From Octopus vulgaris (lineage: Eukaryota), in assembly GCA_951406725.2 (NCBI GenBank), contig OX597838.1:16864001-16928000 (forward strand): a DNA stretch of 64,000 bases, read 5' to 3'. Positions within the stretch are counted from its first letter, which is position 1. Each line of letters begins with the position of its first letter. The translations under genes were made by a program, and so were the position numbers. Below the pieces are notes generated by a model that saw only the letters and a program-made list of their open reading frames with translations, was not told the DNA's origin and ran no database searches. This document shows, in pieces, positions 51,101 through 62,367 of this stretch.

Positions 51101-54100
51101 AACCGCTAAGTGACGGGGACGTAAACACACCAGCATCGGTTGTCAAGCAATGCTAGGGGGACAAACACAGACACACAAACACATACACACACATATATAT
51201 ATACATATATACGACAGGCTTCTTTCAGTTTCCGTCTACCAAATCCACTCACAAGGCATTGGTCGGCCCGGGGCTATAGCAGAAGACACTTGCCCAAGAT
51301 GCCATGCAGTGGGACTGAACCCGGAACCATGTGGTTGGTTAGCAAGCTACTTACCACACAGCCACTCCTGCGCCTTTATTCATATTATTTTGAATTCATC
51401 ATGCATTATCTTGGAACTTGGAGATTTCAATAATGTAATTGTTTATGTTCAAAATGGCATTCTAGTATAAGTGTAAGATGCCTGATCTGGTTAAATTGCA
51501 CATAAAGCAAGTAGAATATTTTGGTTGGTTATGGTGGATATGGCCTGTTTAACCCTTTAGCATTCAGATTATTCTATCAAACATAACGCTTATTGATTCA
51601 CATTGATTTGAATTAATCATGCATTATCTCATATCTTCAAGATCTTGATGGTGTAATTACTTAATGTAGAATAACATTGTAGGGTAGGTGTGAGAGCCTG
51701 GATCTGGTCAGTTTGAACATAAAACAGATTAACTATTCTGGCCGGATATGGCCGGTTTAAATACTAAAGGGTTAAATGCTAAAGGGTTAGATAAAGGAAA
51801 ATTTTTGCTAATAGAGTAAAAAAAATATGAGAAACAATTTTTTTGATTTATAATTGTAATAAGGATACAAGTAACGAGTAAAATTGAAACCAGGACACTG
51901 ACGACAAAACGAACTCGTTTGATACAAACGGAGGTATCCTTGCCAGTTAGGAAATTTTGTACCCAGCAGTAGGCAGAGCCTATAGCAAAGGCTAAAAATG
52001 CACCAAAATAATGTGGAACTTTAGCATATCTTGCCTAAAATGTAAAAAAAAAAGGAAAATTAAAAAATCAATATTTTAAAGAATTTAGAAAAACATTCAA
52101 TGACATAATTTCAAAATTTTCCTCCCCTCACTCACACGTTGACATAGAGTGAGTTGGTATTTAATTGTTAAAATTTCAACTTGAATAACTTCTTATCACA
52201 AGTCATTCAACTAGAGAGTTCGATTGGTACAAATCTCTCTATGTTGTTGGAAACTAGTTCAGTAACCTGTGTTGTTCAAGAATACAGCGAAATTCTTCAA
52301 GGGCAATTTTATGAGTCACCGAGTTCAAGTTCTCTTGTTTCTTCACTAAATTATTATTTCCAATTTTAAGTTCTGAGTTAAATATGGTCATCCTGACTTA
52401 ACATTTGGTTTTTAATTGGTTAGCCATTCTGAGTAATTAACTACAATAATATTTCACTTTGAATATGCTAATTTATCATGTCTACTGGTGCATGATATTG
52501 TACATCTGCTCACTGATGTAAACTCATTGCAACTTTGGCAAGAACAGTAAAGTTAATTTTTCACTGAGGAGGTCTAATAAGACTAAAACACATCAGAAGT
52601 TGTCTCCCTTATTGATGGAACATTTAAAATGATACTGGTTTCAAATCTTGGCAAAAGGCCTGCAATTTTGGGGTAGAGCTGTGGTTTTCAACCAGGGTTC
52701 CACCAGTACAGTCCAGGGGTTCCGCAAGAAGTTACAAAACTGTTAAAATCGGCAGTAATTTTTAATTCTCCTGTGCAGATATGTGTGCATAAAACTATTA
52801 AATTATTGCACAGGGGTTCCTCGAGCCAGTGGAATGTTTCCTTGGGGTTCCACTTCAGCAAAAAGTTTGAAAAGCACAGGGGTAGAGAATAAGTCAATTA
52901 CATCAACTCCAGTGCATAACTGGTACTTATTTTATCGACCCTGAAAGGATGAAAGGCAAAGTCAACCTCAGCGGAATTTGAACTCAGAACGTAGAAGACA
53001 GATGAAATATTGATAAGCATTTTGCCCAGTTTGCTAATGATTCCGCCAGAATGCAGCCCTTTTGTTTAAAGTAATATCAGCTGTTAAGATAATTTGTCTT
53101 TTCCTCACTATGATGATTAAATTTCTATTGAACTGTTGATTTTCTTGCAGATGGCATTCTCTGCCTCATTGAGCTCAAAGTCAGCTAACATTAAATAGAC
53201 CAGCAGTTCAAAGACATTCCAGTCACAATCATTCCATCTTGTTTTCAGGGACAGTGTATCAGGGTTCTTCTTCTTCTAACCGCTCAGTTGAAGTCGACTC
53301 TCGGTCAAGCGTTGGATCAGTGTCCTCCAGTCAGTTCTATCCTGCGCCGCTTCTTTCAGATTGGCTATGTCCATTCCGGTATCACTCTTGATGGTGTCAA
53401 GCCAGCGGGTTCTTAGTCGGCCTCTTCCTCTCTCGCCACTGACCATTCCGAGCATGATGTCCTTCTCCAGGGATTTTCTCCGCATAATATGACCGAAATA
53501 TGCCAATCTATGCTTGGTGAGCCTTGCTGTCCATGGAATCCGCAAAAGTCTTCTCCAACACCAAAGCTCAAATGCATTAATTCTCTTCTGTTTTTTCTTA
53601 AAGATAATAAGGCATAATTTTTGGCTACTAAGCTTAGCAGGTTGAGCAACTAAATAGTAGAAGTTACATTTGAATAACAGACCTAAGTGTTTTGTTTCTC
53701 CTAATATGAATATTTTTCTGTCTTAGATTGCCTCAGTCTGAAAGAAATGACTACCAATGGCCTTCAGAAATGTCACTGCCAAAACAATGCCTATTTATCA
53801 ATATGTTTTCACTTACAAAATGCTAAACAACAACAACATCATCCTACTCCTCCTTAACATCATCAACACTATCATTATTTAATGTCCATTTTTCCATGCT
53901 TGTATGGGTCAGACAGAAATTGTCAAGGCAGATTTTCTATGACTGGATGCCTTTTCTGTTGCCAATCCTTACATTTTTCCAGGCAAGGTAAATATTTCCT
54001 ATGGACAGACATGTTTTCAATGGAAAACTAGAAATGAACAATGTTGCTTGGGCTTCTTTCAGTTTCTGTCTATTAAATCCATTCACAAGACTTTGGTTAG

Positions 54101-57100
54101 CTTCAAGTTGTTGTAGACGACACTTGCTCAAGGCATTGGGCAGTGGTATGTTGGGCATATTGAGGGGTGCTGAAAATCCCTGGCTTTTAGGGTATCACAA
54201 AAGGCCTTCTGAGTTCTTTTATAGTGAGTGAATTTGAGAGGGGAATATGTTGAAACATAATTAACTGATCCTCCTGTATTTTCTTTTACCCAGGGACTTT
54301 TGAGCACCCAGGTTCTACTAAATATAAAACCAATCATATTGAGATATCTTTCTGTTATAGTTATACCAATGTAACAAGCTTTAACTTATTAAAAATGGAA
54401 ATAAGCAATGAAACTTGCTGAAAAATATGAAGTGTGAATGATTCTAAATTGAAATACTTCAATAGACAGAATTAATAAAATAAGAACTTTAACTTTTAAA
54501 ACAAATAACATTTTCTTTCTTTTTGTTTCACTAAATTGTAAAAAAAAAAATCAGCAAATTCAGTAAATATTTCAAGAATGTAATTAGCAATGCTCATTAA
54601 GGGAAAATAATCAAATTTTGATAATTCTGTAACATGGAAGCACTCCGTCGGTTACGACGACGAGGGTTCCGGTTGATCCGATCAACGGAACAGCCTGCTC
54701 GTGAAATTAACGTGTAAGTGGCTGAGCATTCCACAGACACGTGTACCCTTAACGTAGTTCTCGGGGATATTCAGCGTGACACAGAGAGTGACAAGGCCGG
54801 CCCTTTGAAATACAGGTACAACAGAAACAGGAAGTAAGAGTGAGAGAAAGTTGTGGTGAAAAAGTACAGCAGGGATCACCACCATCCCTGCCGGAGCCTC
54901 ATGGAGCTTTAGGTGTTTTCGCTCAATAAACACTCACAACGCCCGGTCTGGGAATCGAAACCACGATCCTATGACCGCGAGTCCGCTGCCCTAACCACTG
55001 GGCCATTGCGCCTCCAAATTCTGTAACATACTCACATGGAAATTGCCAACCATACTGAGACCAAAAGCTGAGATGAGACCGAGTACAAGGCCAGCCTTAT
55101 TAAGACGGTTCTCATTTGGTGATAAATTTTCATAACAAGCTTTTACTTGTAAGAAACGAATATAAGCATTGAAACCCACTAAAAAAGAAAAAGAAAAAAA
55201 AAAATGGAATGGTGATGAAAGGAAATATTTCAAGAGATGGAACTAAAAAAATAAAACAAAAGAGAAGAAAAAAACTCATCAAAATACACAAAATTGTAAC
55301 AAAAAGTTTAAATAGAAATTTTCCCATCATAAACTTTTGAACATGTTTGTCTTTTGAGACATTTCATAAAATCTATTTAGTTGCCATAGCAGCTTCATTT
55401 TGTTGTCCTATGTTCGAAAAATTATTTGAAAAAGCATTGAAACCACATGGTTCTGGGTTCAATCCCACTGTTTAGCACCTCGGGCAAGTGTCTTCTACTA
55501 TAGCCTCGGGCTGACCAAAGCCTTGTGAGTGGATTTCATAGATGGAAATTAAACGAAGCCTGTTGTATGTGTGTGTGTGCGTGTGTATGTTTATGTGTCT
55601 GTGTTTGTTCCCCCACCACCACTTGACAGCCAATGCTGGTATGTTTACGTCCTCATAACATAGAGGTTCGGCAAAAGACACTGATAGGATAAGTGCTAGA
55701 CTTACAAAGAATAAGCCCTGGAGTCAATTTATTTGACTAAAGGCGATGCTCCAGCATGGCCACAGTCAAATGACTGAAACAAATAAAAGAGTAAGAGAGT
55801 ATGAAAAACTAAACTGAACATAGAAGGAGTAAAACCCAGAACTGATTGTTATTTCACTCAAAGCCGCAATACATCAAATATACTGCATTCTATTGTCAGC
55901 TCACTCATCATCATCATCATCATCGTTTAACGTCCGTTTTTCATGCTAGCATGGGTTGGACGATTTGACTGAGGTCTGGTAAGCCAAATCACTGCACCAG
56001 GCTCCAATCTGATCTGGCAGAGTTTCTACAGCTGGATGCCCTTCCTAATGCCAAATATAATGCTAAATACAAACATGTAAGTGTGTCTGTATAAAGCATC
56101 TTAATGAGTGTGATGCATATGACAGCCAGTGTATTTCTTAGTATAATGTTGAACAATGGGGGTCTTAAGAACTGTGAGAAAGGAAAATAAAAAGCAAGGG
56201 TCAAGGAACATCAACTTACACAAAAGAGCACCAATATTCAATGACTGCGAGAAGACCGATTTCTGTGGTTCGTCAACAGATGTGTAACTGAAAATTAAAG
56301 AAAGAAAAAGTAGAAAATATAATACAGGGAAAATTATTTATTTCCCACTGTTGCGATGAGAGTTACAACACCCCTTGCAAGAAATAGACTGGTCCGAGTA
56401 AAGTATAAATAGTAACGATCCAAGTGAGTTCGGAGTCGAGTGAAGTCTGTGTTAGTTTGCTGTGAAGTCAGAAGGTGTCAGTTGGTTAGTTCACAAGGAA
56501 TATTGATTGTTGGTTTGTAAAGAGATTTGTTAGTTTGTTACAGTGTTTTTACTGTTGTCTGGTTATCTTATTTATCTTATTTATTGTACGTAATAAATTA
56601 CATTACAAAATCTGTCAATGAGGGTTTAGAAGCTCACATAGGTTATTTAACAATTTTGTTTGTGATACAACTTGTTAAGCAAGATTGCAAATCATGGTTG
56701 GATGAACAAAAAGTGAGATTGCTATAATGAAAATTAGTTCCATTGGAGCATGAACATTACTGTAATTTCATATTTCCCAAAAATCTCAATGAAATTTGTT
56801 TTAAAGAAACATATTCAGTGGTAAAACTTCTCTATTTAACACTTGAATGGAGAGTTGGAATATAATGTAAAAAAGAGAATGATGATTTTATCACATATGT
56901 AGGAACAGTCAACAGGATGTGTGAAAGCTTTTTACTGAAAGAACTTACACCTGAAATGTTCCAGGGTCTTATTTTCATACAAGGCCTTACAGTAAATGAA
57001 GATAAAGAAATTTGGGCAAGAATTCTTTCTAAATTGGAGGAACAAGTGAACCAAGATCTAACCTTACAGTCCATGGCAGAAGAATGCCAAAAGATGGTAA

Positions 57101-60100
57101 ACCTGAAACATGATGTAGAAAAAGTTCAAGGAAAGGATTCCTCAAAAATACAGATATGCTGACTAGAAAAATACAATTCAGAAAAGACTGTCCATTTAAA
57201 GATAAAAAATGTTACAATTGCAAAAGAATTGGTCACAAGAGTTCACACTGCAGAACAAAATTGTGAAGGTCAAACTTTAAAAATCTTAGAGTGCTCTCAG
57301 CAGAAACAAAAATCGACTCCCAAATAAGAAAATTTGTGGATGTAAAAATAAATGAAATACATATTAAACTTCAATTTGATACTGGAAGTGATATTTCAAT
57401 AATAACTATGGACACATGGAAGAAAATAAACCTATGTTGAGAAAAACAGTGAAATCTGCTTGTAACATGATGGGTGACAAATTACATTTCATAGGCGAAA
57501 TGTAGACTAATGACACATTTGAAGGGAAAACTTTCAAGGTGAAAGTCTTTGTCATTAAAAATGCAGCTGATCGATTTGGTACTGATTAGTTAGAATTATT
57601 CGATTAGTGGGACCTCTCCATAAATTTATTGTAAAAGTGTAAATGGCTGTCTCTCTAAAAATAATTCATCTGAAGAGTTATCTCTTTTTTTTTTTTACTT
57701 GTTTCAGTCATTTTGACTGCGGCCATGCTGGAGCACCGCCTTTAATCGAGCAAATCGACCCCAGGACTTATTCTTTGTAAGCCTAGTACTTAATCTATCG
57801 GTCTCTTTTGCCGAACCACTAAGTTACGGGGCCGTAAACACACCAGCATCGGTTGTCAAGCAATGTTGGGTGGACAAACACAGACACACACAAACACACA
57901 CACATATATATATACATATACATATATATGATGGGCTTCTTTCAGTTTCCGACTACCAAATCCACTCACAAGGCTTTTGTCGGCCCGAGGCTATAGTAGA
58001 AGACACTTGCCCAAGGTGCCACGCAGTGGGACTGAACCCGGAACCATGTGGTTGGTAAACAAGCTACTTACCACACAGCCACTCCAGTTACCAAATTAAG
58101 ATTCAATAACCCTCTTCAAGCCAAACTAAATCTGATATTGGAAACTTCAGAAGCTCTAAAAATAAGATCATGTTTTCTGATAAGACTAATAATTATTATG
58201 AGACCACCAATGACCTATATAATAAGTTACTGAATGACACCATTTCCACTAAATATAAGAAACCTAACATATTAATAATGAGGTAAAATTCTTATCTAAA
58301 CATGGTAAAATTGCTGACAGATTAGAATACTTAGCAAAACGAGAAGCTTTCATTACTCTAAAAGTTCACAAACCTAATTTCACTTTTAAGCCTATATGTA
58401 GACTTTTAAACCCAGTGAGAACAGAAATTGGTTTAGTATAAAAAAAAAACAACAAAAAAAAAAAAAGGAAATATTAATATCAGAATAAGGAAAACTGTTA
58501 AGTACAGTAATGGGTTAATAGTAACACTATAACAGATTAGTTTAAAAATTCAATGGATAAGCAAGCATAGGGCTAGATTTACAGTTTGACATTGTAGATT
58601 TTTATCCCTCTATATTGAGTATACACGCAGCAAGTATAGATGGGCTGGACACGTCGCCCGGCTCACTGATAATCGGTGGACGCACGCAGTTGACGAGTGG
58701 TACCCGCGTGAGCGGAAAAGACCACCCGGAAGACCTCCACGACAGTGGAGTTACAATTTCAGGAGGACGATTGGGATCACGTGGATGAAAAAGGCGTGAT
58801 CCAGAGAGGAGTGGACAGCGTGCTGTGACCAGCGGTGTCAAATGGACGCCTGACGGACTGGTCGGTCAAAGTGATCAAAGTGATATTGAGATTATTGTCC
58901 AATAAGGCGCTTAATTTCACAAAAGCATATGCTCATATAGACCACACGGACATAGACTTAGACTTTATAATGTGTGGGAGAAAAGTCCTTCAATTTAGTA
59001 AGGGCTCAGCATGAGCTAAAAAATCCAGTACAGATGAATTGTCCAATGTATCAATGGGACTGTATGAGTATGGACATGTGATCTTAAAGGTCTCTTTATA
59101 TTAAATACACTGACATCCAAGTTCTCATCCCACGATATTGGCCTATACTAGGATGATGGTTTGAGAATATCTCATGACTGTGATGGTCATATTCCTGATA
59201 AATTTATGAAAAGAACTCATCGATACCTTTAATCAATTAGGCCTGAAAAATCACTGTTACAATTAATCTGTCCAATATTTACATTATTTACATTTGACGG
59301 ATATTTGTCCCCTTCTTAAATCTTCAGATTTATAAGCTCTAAAATTAATTCCATAATTGCCCACGGGCATATGACGTAGTGGTTAAGAGTGCGGGCTACT
59401 AACCCCAAGATTCTGAGTTCGATTCTAAGCAGTGACCTGAATAATAATAATATCGAAAAATACCTTAGGAATGAGAACCCAGGTTTGAAATTTCCCCCAA
59501 GACACCTAATGAAGGATGGAGAATATATCAGCCAAAACGTTCTGTTAACAACAAACAAGATGAGGACAAATATCCGTCAAATGTACATAATTCTTCGTCT
59601 CTTAAATACAGTAAGAAGATTTGTTTACAATTTCAAACAACAAGAATAACAACAGGTGTCTTTTGACTAAAAGGACAAGTTAAGTTTAGCTGGCATGTGA
59701 AGTGAAAGCCTTATGACGACAAACATAGATGAAAGTCAGGAGACAGGAAAATAAGGTGTTGTGCGAGTGGCGGTCAGGCCAAGAAAGAAAGATCATGCTT
59801 CGCTGAGCACCAAGCATGTGGAAAGAACACAGAGAGGTAGGGACCAGAGGGATTGAAGTATTAGGGAAGGATGTTCATGTTGTTGCACATATTCACATGC
59901 TTTCTTCCAAAAATTTGGGGTTTTGTGCTTATGCCTTCTCATAGGTCTACTAGTCACACAGGTTGTGCTGTGGGGGAGAATTACTTGCTAGTAGGTTGGT
60001 GCTAAGTTTATTAAGGTTGATAGAATTATTAAGGTTCTGAGAGTTATCATTATTAAATTTGGGGTGGTTACAGGGATTATTGTGGAGGCACATGGCCTAG

Positions 60101-61683
60101 TGGTTAGAGCAGCGGACTCGCGGTTGAGGGATTGCAGGTTCGGATCTCAGACAGGGCAATGTGTGTGTTTATGAGCGAAACACCTAAGCTCCATGCGGCT
60201 CCGGCAGAAGGTAATGGCGAAACTTCTGCTGACTCTTTCGCCACAACTTTCTCTCACTCTTTCCTCCTGCATCTAGCAGCTCACCTGCGACGGATTGGTG
60301 TCCCATCCACTGGTGTCCCATCCAGGTGGGGAACCTATATGCCAAGGAAACCGGGAAACCGGGCCCTTATGAGCCAGGCGTGGCTTGAGAAGGAACAAAC
60401 ATAGGGATTATTATTTTTATTCTTACTATTACTGCTATTGTTGTTATTGTTACTTCTATCTAAATACAAAATGTCTATTTTTTTATTATTTAGGGAGGAA
60501 ATGACGCATGAGGCTATAACCTATCCTTATTACTCTACAATTAATAAGTTTTGAATACCTGCTACTCTTATCAAAGTGCTTATTTATAATGTTAAATATT
60601 AGTTTAGCTAAGTCAGTTTTTATTTGCATAGCACATGGGAGTATGAGCCAATTAATGTCACTCATTTCTCAATTATCTTGACGAATGACACAAATTAATT
60701 GCTGTCAGAGTGATGCACGTGGTGTATATGCTTATTAGTAGTGGAGGCGCAATGGCCCAGTGGTTAGGGCAGCGGACTCGCGGTCGTAGGATCGCGGTTT
60801 CGATTCCCAGACCGGGCGTTGTGAGTGTTTATTGAGCGAAAACACCTAAAGCTCCACGAGGCTCCGGCAGGGGATGGTGGTGATCCCTGCTGTACTCCTT
60901 TCACCACAACTTTCTCTCACTCTTACTTCCTGTTTCTGTTGTACCTGTATTTCAAGGGGCCGGCCTTGTCACTCTCTGTGTCATGCTGAATATCCCCGAG
61001 AACTACGTTAAGGGTACACGTGTCTGTGGAGTGCTCAGCCACTTACACGTTAATTTCACGAGCAGGCTGTTCCGTTGATTCGGATCAACCGGAACCCTCG
61101 TCGTCGTAACCGACGGAGTGCTTCCATGCTTATTAGCATTAATCTTATTACGTAAGCTGTATGCGTAAATACTGCCATCAGAGGTGCTAGGACCTGGTTT
61201 CTGCATATAATGCTTTGAGTTATTGCTGTAGTCAACGTGATTAGTAAATTTATTGGCATTATTCATAATTTACCTAGTACTCCTTGTTTTATTATTAGTT
61301 GTATTTCTATTATTATTGATGTTCTTCTTAGTGTTGAAAGTTCCATTTATGTTAGTGTCATGTACTATAAGTTTCTGAGCTTCATTATTTAATTTAGAGA
61401 TATTTCTATGTTTTGTGTTATTGCTATCAAGGTTGCAAATATCGCTCCAATACAGTGTATTGCTATGTGGGATATATTTAATTTTACCTTTGTAACCTGC
61501 ATCTTCAAGTGATTTATTATACTTATATTTATGTTTATTGAATAAGTCCTCATTAGAAGAGAGATAAGAAATTCTTTTACTCATGCCTTTTATAAGAGAA
61601 TTTTTATAGATTGTGGATGATTACTTTGATAGTTTGTATATTTTAAGTTAGATTTAGGTTTCATGTAACGTTGGTGTATATAG

Positions 61684-61730
<47 letters not shown>

Positions 61731-62318
61731 AGGTAAGAAAATGGATAAATACATCTAAATCAAATATCAATTACCAGATAATACTCAATCACATACTTTA
61801 TTAAACCACCACATAAGAGACTGTAGGGTTAAACATAAAAAAGCAGAACAAATCAGTGTACACAAAGGAATGTACATAAAAAAGTGTACATAAAAGAGTA
61901 ATGTTGTATAATAAGTAGAATATATATAAAAAAGAGAATATTCTCTTTTTTATATATATTCTACTTATTATACAACATTACTCTTTTATGTACACTTTTT
62001 ATGTACATTCCTTTGTGTACACTGATTTGTTCTGCTTTTTTATGTTTAACCCTACAGTCTCTTATGTGGTGGTTTAATAAAGTATGTGATTGAGTATTAT
62101 CTAATAATTGATATTTGATTTAGATGTATTTCTCCATTTTCTTATCTTGTATTAGTAATTTGTGGTAAATCATTTTACCTTTGCCCATATAATACAGTAA
62201 ATGAATTGATTGCATCGCAATCCTTAACATTTATGTATTAACTTTGTTGGGTACTTCACTAGCAGTATATTGGATATATGTTATCCCATGGAGGGTTGCA
62301 TTTACAACCCCTATCTCA

Positions 62319-62367
<49 letters not shown>

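Larger units (their letters stand above)
48012..51868 (-). other. U12-type (minor spliceosome) GT-AG intron
   Basis: 5' splice site GTATCCTT; branch point TACCTTAAC 9 nt from the exon start; no polypyrimidine tract. Confidence 0.9.
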
